Assembly: GCA_039621445.1 (NCBI GenBank)
Contig: CP154954.1
Span: 13,868,387-13,932,386 of the forward strand
DNA length: 64,000 nt
Reading direction: 5' to 3'
DNA from: Euglena gracilis
Lineage: Eukaryota
The notes below the pieces were generated by a model. It searched no databases, was not told the origin of the DNA, and saw only the letters and a program-made list of their open reading frames with translations. Positions within the stretch are counted from its first letter, which is position 1; each line of letters starts with the position of its first letter. Shown piece by piece: positions 13,801 through 28,800 of this stretch. The position numbers and the translations under genes are program-made.

Positions 13801-16800
13801 GCATGCTGTCATGCCCCTTGCTTGATTGTCTGTGATTTAAATGAAGGGAAGGAATCAGAAGCATCTGCATTATGATCCGGTGAGGTCAGTGTTGGCTGGA
13901 AGCGTGGTGGGGCAGACATGTATGCAATGTGGTTCACAAGATACTTTTGAGCCACAACAGTTTTTTTGGGTGTCCACAGTTGAACCACGAAATCTGAAAA
14001 GAAAATAAATACTTGTCCACAGGTGTACAGCACTAAAGGTGAGATGTATGTTTAACAATGCAGTGATTGCGTGGTTTCAGCATGCAGTGATGTTTTGCAA
14101 ATTTCATTTGCTGTCACCCTTGCTTTTCCTCCATGATTTGGCGTGTTGTTTGGTTCTTTTGAGACGTTTGCATCCACCCGGGGACTGGTTTTGATTGCTG
14201 GCAAAATGCAGGCAAACGATCAAATGTACCCCAACCAGGCCAGCATTTGTCTGGAAAGGAACAGGACGATTGGTGGTGAGAATCTTTGCTGCTTGTTGCT
14301 TGGTGCTTTTTTTCCTTGAATGAAAGCGATGTTCAGCACCACAAACCTTTGAAGCTCTATGAAATGTTGGCTGCGGAACGACAGCAATGGAAGCTACCAT
14401 TTCACAATTTTACAACGAACACTCGTACAAAATGACCGTTGCAGTTTATCTTGATCGTTTTTTTTCCCCCACCGTTTTGTTTTATGTTATTTTTTCCTTT
14501 CTTAGTTTCTATTTGGTGTATCGGGTCAGCGGGAAATGGCCAATACAGTGGGATAGCACCAAAGCGGTGCCTGCTGCTGAGAAACTGACCATTATGTTCA
14601 CGGACATCGAGGGCTTCTCCACCATCTGTGAGAAGGAGACCCCCGCCACGCTGGTCTCCGTGTGCACGGAGTACTTCGAGGCCATGTGCAGCGCCTTGGG
14701 TCCCTTCTTGGCAGTGAGCCTCACTTCTTGGCGCCCAAGTCCCATTCCCAGCGGAGGGAGAGGCATGTGCGAACAAACACGTCTTGTTTTTTTTTGCATT
14801 TTTTGTGTTTTTTTTATTTTGGAAATCTGTGTGTTTCGCATTTTTTGTGTCCCCCGCTTTTTTCCCTGGCAACAAATGTTCTGAATTCTTAATCACCTAC
14901 CCGCCCCCCCCCCCCTGTCGTACGACCACCCCTCATTTACCACCCCCCCCCCCCCCCCGGTCACAGGCTGCAGGTCATGGGGGTGTTATGACCACCCCCC
15001 CGGTCACAGGTTGCAGGTTGCGAAAATTTTAACACCACCTTACCTACGACCGCCCCCGCATTTACGACCACCCCCAGTCACAAATTGCAGGTTATGGGGG
15101 TGTTACGACCCCCCCCCCCCCGGTCACAGGTTGCAGGAACCCGTCGTACGACAAGGGGGGGGTGGGTACATATCAAGACCAATTTCTTTAAATGCACATT
15201 TTTCTACATAATTTGGATTTTTTTTGCTGTTTTTGATCATCCTTTTAGATTTTTTGAGAGGAAAATTGGCACAGTTGTCCAAAACATGCACCTTACTGCA
15301 GAACATATAACCTCTCCAGCAGACATCATGCATCCCAGGCAGTTTCTTTAGAAGAAATTTTCATGTAATTGTCGTTTTGTGTGTGAGTGTTTATGTGTTT
15401 TTGTGTGTGTTTTTCTTTCCCCCATTTCTTTGTCCTTCGAGAATCCTTGTTCCGTCCCCCTGTTATTCCCCCTCCCACCCGCCAGGATGGGGGGGGGCAG
15501 TCGACCCCCCCCCACCACCCACAGGGTTTCGGGGATTTCTGTAGTCCCTTGTAGGGTGAGCGGGCACAGAGGGTGGAGGACATTTTCCCGGGGGGAACAG
15601 TTTCCCAGGGGGGATCTGTTGGCAGCTCCTCCCGGAAAGCCGTGTGAAAATGCCTTCCCTGTCAACCTTTAAAAGAACCGTGACACCATGGTGTGGAACC
15701 ACAAAGAGCCCACCCTCCAGAGCTTTCCGTATTTCCGGAGGCACCGATTCTTAGGTCAAAAAGTTCCTTCGGCGCCGAAGGATTTTTCTTTGCACGGGTG
15801 CGTAATGGGTGCATTATTATCTTTAAGACTAAAATTTTCAATTTTTTTTAGGGTTATTTAAGGCTTTTTTAAGGGTTTAAAATTTTTAAAGGCATCTTGG
15901 AATTTTAAAAAATTTTCAGGTGTCTATTTTCCAAGGGCAGTCAAAGAGCAGAGCAAAGAGTTTGGGCGTCGAACCAACGTTTGTTCAGGCTGAAAATCAC
16001 AAAAGTTTTAAAAAGCAATCTTTTTAGGTTTTTGAGTGGATGGACTATGTTCCACCAATGCGAGAGAGCATTTTTTTCAAAGAGTTGGCTTATGTTTGCC
16101 AAGATTTAGCAACTTTTTTTTGCTCAAAACTTGACAAATTTTCCAATACTAACTGTTTAAGGTTTTTCAAGGGGTTTAAAGGTTTTTTAAGGCATTTTGG
16201 CCAAAAAAGTGGTTTTTTAATTTTTTTTTAGATTTTTAGGCGCCTCAAAGAATTATACCTGGGGGTTCGACCTCCCCCCCTCCCCCAGGTGAGGGGGTGG
16301 ACCCCAGGCCTTCCTGTGCAGCCCTGCTCCTACCCTTGTACACGCTGAACTGTCATGTATTAATTTTGAGAGTTCTTTGTTGAAAACAGCAATTTCCCAA
16401 AATAATTGCTTTCATTTTTATCCGGCTTCTGATCACAAATTTGTGAACCCCCCGCAGTTTCGCTTTTTTTTGTGTCGACCGGAGGGACAAAAATTGTCAA
16501 TGTCTTCTAAGGTAGGCCCCCGGGAAACTGTCCTCTGGTCCAGTACTTGCAGACCTGTCCTTATCATACCATTGCTTAATACCTGTCCCACCCCACCCCC
16601 GGGGGGTGACTGACTGGTTTTTTTCAGAGTGACTAGCTGGTTTTCAGGCCAAGAGACCCCCCCCTGGGGTGGGGTAGGCCTGAAAATGAAAAGTAGCTGG
16701 CCTGGCGCCGAAGGCGCCGGAAATTTTTTGAACCTTTTTGGCAATATTGCCTTGCCAACATGAGCGACATGAGCGCATTCAAGAGTGGCCGATCCCCCCA

Positions 16801-19800
16801 GGGGGGGGGGTAGAGGTAAAGCGACTGACTGGTTTTTTTTGGGAAAAGGTTCCTTACTAGTTTTTTCAGGGTGGAAAGCCTTATACCTCCCAAAAAGACA
16901 CGCTTGGAGGGAGCTCACCCAAAATTGGAGGAAATTCAGCCCCTCCCCTCCCTTGCATTCACGGAGAGAGTGAGGCTTCCCCATCGCAGCATCCACCAAT
17001 GACTCCGAATCCAAAAAAATCATCAAAATTCCATACATTTTGGGCCGCTCTCCTGACCTGTCACCCTGCTGACTCGTCAGGTACAGTTTCCTGGAGCAGG
17101 GGAGGGGTCAGAACAAGTCAAGGGCATCAGCAGGAAAGGGAGGTGGGGTATTAGGGAGGTCTTCACCATTCGCCATCATCTGACAAAGCGGACAGTGACT
17201 TTTCCTACCCACGCCACGTTGTCACCCACTCGGAGAATGCTCGTCTTTCAAAGCTGATCCTTAGCACAGCCACCAACAATGGTCAATAATTGTGATGACA
17301 GGCCAAAGACCCACATAATCATCAGATAATGGCGTATATCCCAACCTGGGGGGCCCACTTCTCCACCAGTTTTTCTGGTACAGCCGTGCGGGGCCCAGCA
17401 ACCCAACATCGTGCAGCACAACGGCACCATTGACAAGTTCATCGGCGACTGCATCAACAGCTCCGTAGTTCGCACTTTGGAAGCTTAGGCTGCTTGATTG
17501 TTGGGGGGCATTTCCCTGCTGCATTATCGCCATTTTGTCCCGCTCTCCAGTCACGTGCAACCCATTTAACGTTGTTCTCCCCCCCAGATGGCCCCTCACA
17601 TGGCCAAACCAGCGAACAGAGTTCACTTCACCCGGCGTTTTTTGGGACCGATTTTGCCCAAAAAAACGCAGATATTTTGGCAGGGGCCAACTCCCTGTGA
17701 GGCCAATCTTGCGAGTCCGGACCTGGGGGGGGGGTCAGGATATGGTAATTGGACGGCGGTGACCTGCCTTGCTGTGGGGTCGGAGCAAACCAGCATGATG
17801 GGGATTTGGCAGGGTCCCCGGCACCGGCCAACCTGTCAGGTGACAGTTTCCCTGTGGGGGGGGGGGGGGCTAGGTACAAACCCAGAGGACAGCTTCCCAG
17901 GGTGGATAGCCAGTTCTAAGAACTGGCTATCCCCCAAATCTCAATATACTATTCAACGAAAACCCAGCCGAAAGCCTGGAAAGATCAGCAACTCTCTAAA
18001 ATATAAAAAAACAGTGCAACCAGATACAATGGAGTGAGGGGTCATCCAACACAGTGGGGGTTGGCAGTCATTGCGGTTACCTTCTGTGATTCTGACCGCT
18101 GGAAAAGCCGGCTGGAAGCATGGCATCCGGGTTCAGGGTTAGCGGTCGGAATAGATCTGCGTGAGGATTGGGCAGGTCCCAATGGGTCAGTTGGGGCAAA
18201 GGTTGGGCCTCATTTCAGCCTCAACTACCCTCCCCCCCCCGCTGACCAGAGCGGGACATTCAAACTCTGTGCTTCCAGAAGGGGAAGAAGTGCCCTCCCC
18301 CCACTGTTGCCCCACCGCGGGGCTGCGCCATGGCGATGTGGAACGCGCCGGAGAGGCTGCCCGGCCACGAGAGGGACGCCGTGGCCGCCTCGCTGGCGAT
18401 GCAGGCCCCCCAGGGCGACGCCACACATATTCCCCCCCACCCAGGAAGTTGGCACCTTGGGGCCCATACCGGCTGGTGTGTCACGTTGGAAAGTCCTTCC
18501 CCCCCTCCCCAGGCGTACAGGTTTCTCGGTTCCCGGGGGGGGGGGTGATTCTTTTAGGGCATGTGTTTCTGCTTACAATTGAAAGGTGGTAGCACATACT
18601 TCATAATGTAAACAATTTTCAAGAAAAATTCCAAAACAACAACAAATGAACACATGAACGTTGTTTAAAAAGCCCATCAAGTTTATGCCAACTTTCGCAC
18701 GCAAACGCTTCCCTAACATGATGGCAACGTGCTGACACGCAACAGGCAGCAGGGATGCACCGCTCAAGGTTCAGGGCAATGTGTGGGCGGCCACTCAACC
18801 CCCATATTTCATCCTACCCAAGGACCCTCTCCCTCTTTGGGGACCCTGCCCACCCAAAATTGACTGAAAACCCTTGAAAACAGGTCAGTTCGACCTGGCC
18901 AAACTGACTCATGGCACACCCCACCTCAGAGCGGGTGGATGGATTGTGGGCCACTGGACCCCCCCCCCCCCCAGTGACCCACAACCCATCCACCCGTTCA
19001 AACCGCAGTGTTTGGTGAAAAGCGTCATACCAGTGTCCAGTGAAAATATGTCTCCGGTGCTTTTCACCTTGTTTTCAATGTCTTTTCAAAAACTAAACGC
19101 CAACATTTAATGACCTCCACCCAGTGGCTCTGAGATGAATAAACCCCTTTGCTGCATGCAGTGAAGTTACAAGACACATGTAATCCACTGAATGGTAACC
19201 AAGACATCAGTGAAATAGAGTCTGTGCCAAAAAAAGGCATTTGGGCTTTTGGCTGACCCTGCTGCTAGCGTCATGGACCTGCATATGTCGTGGCGGGCGG
19301 GCGGCCTGCCACTGCTGAAGTTCCGTGCAGGGATCCACACTGGTGAGTGTCTCGTCGGCAACTTCGGCCAGGGCTGAGCGATCGCTGTTTCTGTTGGACT
19401 CCCAGCTACCAGCAGCCACCATCGCGTTTATGAGGATGTGCAGATGGATGGATAGATAAATGACAGATGCATACATACATTACATACCTTCAGAGATAGA
19501 TAGATGGATAGATGGATGGATGGATGTGTATACACATACACGCATGCACACATACACATGTATGTATGTACACATGCATGCATGCAGACGTGAATATCCT
19601 CCCCGTGCAGCCCCTGGCCTGAGTAGTCGCCTTGCTGCACGGCTCCTGCGCGCCGAGACCACGGGGAGAGCAGGCCCCTCTCCGTGCAGACGCCTGCGCT
19701 GACCGTGGGGCATGAGTCGTCGCCCCTCTCAGCGTGGAAGGGGACCTGGAATGGACAGGGATAAGGAATGGGAGGCTCCTCCCCTGTGCTGTTCCAAGTC

Positions 19801-22800
19801 TCGGGTGCCTGGGACTAGAGTAACCGCTGTTAGCGTGCCAAGGCGATGCTGTGACCTGGCGGTGTGGGGTTCCGCCTGGCCTCGTGGTGAGTAAGGGCCC
19901 GTGGAGGGAGGCACCCTGAAAGCCTACTGAACTTGATTCAGTGCCAGGCGGAGTGACCCAAAGACACGGGGTCGCTGGGCTGAACCTTCGGTGTGCCCAG
20001 GGATTTGCCGTCCCTGAGTCAGTGGTGAAGGAGGCACCCACCTGCCGGTTATGTGCCCCCCGACCCTGCCGTCCGGTTACATTAAACAGGACAGGGGGGC
20101 TCCGGACGGACCGGGGCCATCCCGGTGGTGCGGGGAGGCCACCGGGAATGGTTGACTCTCTGATACAGTAGGTAGGTAGGTAGGTAGGTAGGTAGGTAGG
20201 TAGGTAGGTAGGTAGGTAGGTAGGTAGGTAGGTAGGTAGGTAGGTAGGTAGGTAGGTAGGTAGGTAGGTAGGTAGGTAGGTAGGTAGGTAGGTAGGTAGG
20301 TAGGTAGGTAGGTAGGTAGGTAGGTAGGTAGGTAGGTAGGCAGGCATGCATGTATGTATGTATGTATGTATGTATGTATGTATGTATGTATGTATGTATG
20401 TATGTATGTATGTATGTATGTATGTATGTATGTATGTATGTATGTATGTATGTATGTATGTATGTATGTATGTATGTATGTATGTATGTATGCATGTACG
20501 TACGTATGTAGGTAGGTAGGTAGGTAGGTAGGTAGGCAGGCATGCATGTATGTATGTATGTATGTATGTATGTATGTATGTATGTATGTATGTATGTATG
20601 TATGTATGTATGTATGTATGTATGTATGTATGTATGTATGTATGTATGTATGTATGTATGTATGTATGTATGTATGTATGTATGTATGTATGTATGTATG
20701 TGTGTATGTATGTATGTATGCATGTAGGTACGTACGTACGTACGTACGTACATGCATACATACATACATGCATACATACATACATACATACATACATACA
20801 TACATACATACATACATACATACATACATACATACATACATACATACATACATACATACATACATACATACATACATACATACATACATACATACATACA
20901 TACATACATACATACATACATACATACATGCATGCCTGCCTACCTACCTACCTACCTACCTACCTACCTGCCTACCTACCTACCTACCTACCTACCTACC
21001 TACCTACCTACCTACCTACCTACCTACCTACCTGGGTGGGTGGGTGGATGGATGGTTAGATGGGTGGATGGGTGGATGGATGGGTGGATAGATGGATGTA
21101 TCGATGGATGGATGGATGGATGGATGCATGCATGCATGCATGCATGCTGCATGAATGCTTGTATGCCTGTGTGTTGTATGAAACGGAGGGGCCTGCTCGA
21201 GCCGTAGGTCCGTTCCTCCATGGAATATACCGTAAGGTGGCCACACAATCAGGGGCCGGGCCTTAGGTAACATACTGTATCAGAGAGTCAACCATACCCG
21301 GTGGCCTCCCCGCACCACCGGGATGGCGCCGGTCCGTCCGGAGCCCCCCTGTCCTGTTTAATGTAACCGGACGGCAGGGTCGGGGGGCACATAACCGGCA
21401 CCTACCTACCTACCTACCTACCTACCTACCTACCTACCTACCTACCTACCTACCTACCTACCTACCTACCTACCTACCTACCTACCTACCTACCTACCTA
21501 CCTACCTACCTACCTACCTACCTACCTGGGTGGGTGGGTGGATGGATGGTTGGATGGGTGGATGGGTGGATGGATGGGTGGATAGATGGATGTATCGATG
21601 GATGGATCGATGGATGGATGGATGGATGGATGGAGGCCACCGGGAATGGTTGACTCTCTGATACAGTAGGTAGGTAGGTAGGTAGGTAGGTAGGTAGGTA
21701 GGTAGGTAGGTAGGTAGGTAGGTAGGTAGGTAGGTAGGTAGGTAGGTAGGGAGGTAGGTAGGTAGGTAGGTAGGTAGGTAGGTAGGTAGGTAGGCAGGCA
21801 GGCAGGCAGGCAGGCAGGAAGGCAGGTAGGTGAGTATGTAGGAGGTAGTAGGTAGGAGGTAGGGAGGGAATGTAGGGAGGGAGGGAGGGAGGGTATGATG
21901 TATGTATGTATGTATGTATGTATGTATGTATGTATGTATGTATGTATGTATGTATGTATGTATGTATGTATGTATGTATGTATGCATGTGTGTATGTATG
22001 TATGTATGCATGTACGTACGTACGACGGACGTATATACGACAGACGTAGAAAGACACATACAGACAGACAGACATACATACATACATACAGACATACAGA
22101 ACATACTACATACAGACATACATACATACATACATACATACATACATACATACATACACACATACATACACACATACAGATACATACATACATACTACAT
22201 ACATACATACATACATACATACATACATACAGAACATACATACACACAGACATACATACACACATACATACATACATACACAGAACATACACAGACATAC
22301 ACAGATACACATACAGATACAGACAGACATACATACAACAGACATACATACATACAGACAGACAGACAGACAGACACATACATACAGACAGACATACAGA
22401 CATACATACATACATACATACAGAAAGACAGACATACATACATACACATACAGACATACATACACAGACATACATACATACATACATACATACATACAGA
22501 TACATACATACATACATACATACATACATACATACATACATACATACATACATACATACATACATACATACATACATACATACATACATACATACATACA
22601 GACATACATACATACATACATACATACACAGACACACACATACATACACACACACATACATACATACATACATACATACATACGTACATATGCACATACA
22701 TACATACATACATACATACATACATACATACATACATACATACATACATACATACATACATACCTACATACGTACAGACAGACATACATACATACATACA

Positions 22801-25800
22801 TACATACATACATAAATACATACATACATACATACATAAATACATACAGACATACATATATACACATACAGACAGACGACATACATACATACAGACATAC
22901 ATACATACATACACATACATACATACATACATACAGACAGAAATACATACATACATACATACATACATACATACATACATACATACATACATACATACAT
23001 ACATACATACACACATACACACATACATACGTACATACATACATACATACATACATACATACATACATACATACATACATACATACATACATACATACAT
23101 ACATACATACATACATACATACATACTTTTTTTTTTTTTTTTTGCCAGGCCAGGGAGGTCACGCAGCATGCACTGAGTGGCCCCTCCCCGTCCACCATGG
23201 CAGTGAGGCGACCAAGCCCCGCCTGCAGGGACATGGATGCCATCAACCCCTGCCAAGTGGGGCCCCAAGGATGGGTCCCCGCCGAGGCGGGCCCCGCGCC
23301 GGGGCCAGGGTTCCCCCCCCATACATGCCATGCGTGCTGGGTGGACTGCTCGGAGCAAGGCTGCCGCGGTGGGGCGAGCCGTTGGCCGAGGGTCCCCCAG
23401 CGCCGCGGATGGGATTGCCCCTCAGCCCCCCGGGGAACCATGATGAGCAGGGGGCAAAGTGGTGACTGGACAGAGGGTAACCAAGCCGCTCAAGAGAGCC
23501 GTCTTTGGAAGGGAATGAACAAGCAATGCCCACCATACCCAGGCTCACGGGGGCGTTGGTACCATGAGGGTTGTCGGCAACGAGAGTCATCGGACACCAA
23601 ACGCCCTCGCAAAAAATAGAGGGCTCCCATCAGCACATCATTATGCCAAGGCCAGACAACATCAAAGCGATATGAGAAGGAACAGAACAAGGTGACAGAC
23701 CGGACAGAGCTAGAAAAATGTGTATGGCTTTAATGTGAGTACAAATTAAAGTGCATGCCTTATCTCAGGAGAATTTTGATTACGGCATGATGTAGATCGC
23801 CGGGCCTCACGCGGGAAACCGTGGGGGGGGTGGAGGCGGAATCCTGGATGGATGATGTGTGCTCTTGCCATGGTTACGCTATCAGAATACCCCAGGCCTG
23901 GCGGTGTGCTGAGCATCGGAAAATATTGGTGGGGGGGTCCCCCATGATTGGCTCTGATGAACTCGATAGAGAGAACCTGACAAACATGTCTGTTTTCCCC
24001 AGGTGCTTGTTGCTCACTACAGGCGCACACAGGACCACGGTCCTGCAGGGCTACACGACCCCTGGCAAAAAATAAGGCCTAGGGGTGCAGGCTCCCCCCA
24101 TGGGACTGGTCACCCCCGATGTCAACCTGTGATCTCGCAGTGGCCCCCCTCATAGACGGTATTCGGACTGAAGGGCCATGCGGGGAGGGAAAGCTGGGTG
24201 GCTTCACAAGAGGGTGGGGGGGGGGGGGGGGAGAAAATGAAGAGGGGGGGGGAGGACACTGGAGGGAGGGGGGACAGTGCGGCCAGTATGATTGTCTGAT
24301 ATTACAGAGAGATGTGGTGGTAAAAGATTCCGAGCTGTGTGTACAAAATGATTGGTCAGACGTTTGAAGGGATAAAAATTAACGGCCTCCAGCCCCCAAG
24401 ACGGTTGTTGTATGCATCTTGTGTCATGGGTCATACAAACAAAATTTGATGTCACTATAAGATAACCTTTTAGGCAGGGTTTGGTCGCGCTTATGGATTG
24501 CCAAAAGGCAGGGGCATTTCTCAAATACAATCTGTGATACTGTGGCCAATAAATGTCCTAGATTTTTTATGGGAAAATAATGGAAAGAGATTTGCTGGTT
24601 ATCTCGCTAATTTTTGGCAGCCACAGCCTAAGACATAATGGGTTTTTGGGTGATGGGGAAATGCGAAGGTTGGAGGACATTGCCAGCATGCTGTCCAGTA
24701 GAACGCATAAATTGCCACTTGGAATATGACTTACCTCTGAACCTTTTCTTGTTGTAAAAGCACAGGAGGCAGGAGCTTGAACCCACAACGTAGCATGTGT
24801 ATCCCAGGCAGCCACCAGTATCTCCATTGATGTGGGTCGGCACCATTACCCCGTTAGCCCGGAGACAGGAAGCCCCTGCTGGCTCATGGGTGACGACACT
24901 GGATAATGATTTGACAACCAAAGAGAGTAGGGAAAACAACAATTAGCGAACTTGGAACTCGGTTGATGCCTGCAACAAAACCTCCAGAGAGTTGGGGATA
25001 GGCTCCACCTCTGCCATTCGCTCCAAATCCAACCCCCCCCAACGACACCCATTGGAGACATTGAGCCTGCCGTCAAAATGCAGCACCTTGACACAACTGT
25101 TGACACAACAGGCGAAACAGCTATGGGTTTCTGAATGATGGACCCTGAATGTCATTTGTCTTTGTTCTTGTGACTGGGGGTGTCTTAACATTGGCAGGAA
25201 ATATCACCTTTACACAGCTGGCTAGGCCATGGGCTATCAATTGATAGGCTAAAAGGGGCATACCCTTTGTGGGACGGCAAAGGCACCCAAATAAACTACT
25301 GAGACATTTTTTCTGTTCAAGATTTTTTGTGTCTTTGGATGAACTGAGAGCAGAGAGCACTAACCGCTGAAAATATTTGCTGGACTTTCGCGGTACAAAG
25401 AAAACACAGGAGATGTTTCCCCCGTCGACCTCGTGATCCTACCCAACACCTTGGATGCCTGAAAGTGGAAATTAGCTCCGCTCAGACATGCTCACTTTGG
25501 ACTCCCATTGAGAGGGTCTTGGCTTTGAAGAAAAAAAACCACTGTCTTTTGGAATGGTACAAAATGTGTGTAGCAATGACAACGAAAAGATATTGTTTGA
25601 TGTGTCATAAAAAAAAATGCTCATCGATTGACCATAGAGACCACTCATTGGCGAGCATCATAGCATGCAGTCAAACCGTTGGGTGCTGCAGACACAGAAA
25701 GCAACAAATAACCCACCTATTGATACTTTGGGGCACATCTGGGGCATCGGCCAGTGCGAACTTTATTGGCCAGCGTTTCCAAATACGAACTTGGATGGAA

Positions 25801-28800
25801 TTAATATGCATGACTCCATGGAGGAGAGTAGAACGTTCCCCACAGCCCCTTGGCATCCATGGACCCTCACAGTTGCTTCTCCTTAATATGATGAGGCACA
25901 CACGAGGAGTGAAAATCAGCCAAAGCGAGCCTACATAACCTTTCCCGTATCTATATGCTGGACTGTGTGCAGATTGCGATTGGGCAAACGAAATCCAGGC
26001 GGCAGGGCAAACAATGAATGCCTGAACCGTGAGACGTAATCTGATGCCAGCACCTTGTCTTGAGATTGGGGGAGAAGGGTTTGTTCCTCTGCTCTTGGAA
26101 ATGTCCACCAACAACAACAACAACAATAAAATGAAACCAGAGAAGTTTTCTAGGGACAGTTCTGGGTTTTGCCAGGCTTCTGTCATGCACCGAACCACTC
26201 TAATGTTGACTCAAGGTGACCACAGCAGCAAAATACATCACTAGAGCACCCCTCTAAGGCATCGCTTTGTTGACAATCCTGGCAGTTTGCACTAACTGTC
26301 GTTCTGGCACTCACAACCACCAGATCATGTCAACGTGGGCAATCGGGGAAAATGCAATTAGGAAAGGAATGGTCTGAAAACGGGGGTGATACTCTGTTGT
26401 GAGCTAATGGTGTAAGGCCAACTAAACTGAGACTGAGATTGATACTGACAAATTTCTATCGATGACCAAAAGGTTTGCCGGTAGGCTGGTCCAGTGGGAA
26501 AAGCAGTGAAGGGGGCAAAAGCATTTGCTGCCGTATGTGAATACAGAGGAGGAAAAAATAGCGGATTATTTTTCCCTCATACAATGTGTATCTTCCAGAG
26601 TGACATATACCAATGGGCTATTTGCCTAGACAAAAATTCGGGGTTTCACCCTATTAGTCACTGGGTGATGCAAAAATGCTGGGTATTGCAAAAAAGATGA
26701 AATAAAATAGAGCACTTGAAACGTCATATTATGGAAATGGATGAGGCATTGATCCAAGTCAACTGCCAGCCACATGAGAATTCCTGAAGCATTGGGGTGA
26801 ACAGAGGACACCATAGAAAATGGTAGCACTGTGCAGTGGCTCGCCTGCATTGGGTCGCGTGCCAATAACACAACTCTTGATTTTGAGGTTGAATCAGAGT
26901 ATGTCAAATCCAAGAACCAAAATGTGGCACTGTGTGTGCCCAAATTTCAATCGTCATAAACTCCTGGAGATGACTCCCATTTTTCAACGGGAACGTCACG
27001 GTGATGCCCAGCAAATTGTTAGCTCAGACCGAGCCAAAAAAAAAAGGGAAATCAAAGGTCAGGTCACCCATCATCTTCAAAAGATAATGCCGTGGAGGGT
27101 GGGTGAGGGGGGCAAACCCTGACCATATGGGCCAGTTGGATGATTTTTTTTTGTTGATCTCAGGGGTCTGGGTATCTTGGCGAAAATTGAACTCAGTTTT
27201 TGCTCTCAGAAAACCTGGTGTCAGGGCAAAATCAGAAGTATGGGCAGGTTTCCCATTGGGAAAATGTTCCCCCACGTTGGGATAATAATCTCCGAACTTC
27301 GGCCACACTCTCACATAACAGGACAATGTACAGATTTTGGGGCACAGAACCCCTAGGTTGAGCTCCTGTGTTTTGCTGGAGCACAGAATTTCGGCGCAAC
27401 CACCCATTGGACTTTTAACGCCACGTGTGCAATAATAAAACCAGCCAATATGGCTACGAGGGGAATGACACGGCTGTTTGAATCAAACAGAAAAAAAATC
27501 CAACACAAAAGCCAACAAAGATTTGGGGAAATCTGTGGGCGCCCAGTTGACAATCCAATTCACCAACACTGAGCTGGCGGGGCTCTTTCCTGAGCGAAAG
27601 CCAGGGCTGAAGAACCCCCCTTAGACCTGAGGAGATGGCCAGGGTTCACAACACAGCTGGACAATGAGCGCTCGCAACACCTTAAAATAGAGGGGTACAC
27701 TAGGGCAGGCATGTTCCCTCTCCCACAATGGGGTGAACGGGGACTAAAGCCGACCCTCCAACTTTTGGGAGGAGAAGCACAGGAAAAGGTGCACCAGAAT
27801 CCAGCTCCTAAAAAAATTTGCATAAGCTTCTCAACTGCCTGTGGTTATGCTGCAGAGGTAGCCTTTGCCAAACTGCCAAAAAATAGGGACCTTTGGCACT
27901 TGGTTATAGAGGAAACTTCATCACCCGCTCACTCTATAATCACGGTACGATGGGGGATGCCCACCTTGGGGTTGGCGGTAGATGACGGCCAAGCATGGGC
28001 AGGGCAAATCGACGGTGGATCCGGAGGATGTGGGGAATGTTGTTGTCTTCTGCTGCAGAGCAGAGATGGTCTGGCCCTGCCGCCCGCAGGTGCGCCTAAA
28101 ACCACACACCGGTAGCAAAAAAAAAATTAAAAAAAATATTGGGGGGTGCAGCCAATGATGGCACCAGGGTGTCCCGATGCACTCCACCTCCCCGCGCCTG
28201 GTCCGCCGTCGGATGGCGATCTGAAGGGAGGTGGCAGGGGGTGGGTGTATAAGATGAGGCGGAGGAAAAAGGCCCTTGGATGGAGCCTCAGCACCGCAGG
28301 CACCCGCCAAACGAAGGGCTTGCCAGAAGCGCCCACGTCCGCTTGTGGCAGGGGTTAAGGGGACAGGGGGAGTGCGATTCATAGCTCGAGGGAGCAGCGG
28401 AGGTGATCCATATCTCTGGCAAGATGGATCTATGCTTTTCAGGCAGGCCAATAAAGCACGTGATGAAAGAACCATGTCCGAGGATCCGTTGGGGTGGTTC
28501 CTGCGCGGACCTCTTCCAGAGCAACCACCTGAGCACCACTGCAGGTCCTGGCATAGCAGGGGAAGAAAAAGGAACTCTCTGGGAGACACATATGCTGAAT
28601 CAACAACCGAAGAACACACAGCCTGGAGTGCGGAATTGTGGGGAAACCATTTTGCCATGCCCTGGGAAAAGCTCATTTTGAGAGCCAAACAGTGCTATGT
28701 TGGTCAGCCAAAAATATTTGTCTCTTGAAAACTGCTGCTGATGGCAGTGGCCACTGAAAAACAAAAGTGGGTGGGGAAACCCTTCTGTGGATGCCTCGGA

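Noticed and set aside
19343-19348. Perfect GTGAGT donor consensus
   Set aside because: It lies inside the conserved [13 protein letters not shown] motif; splicing there would delete essential cyclase sequence.
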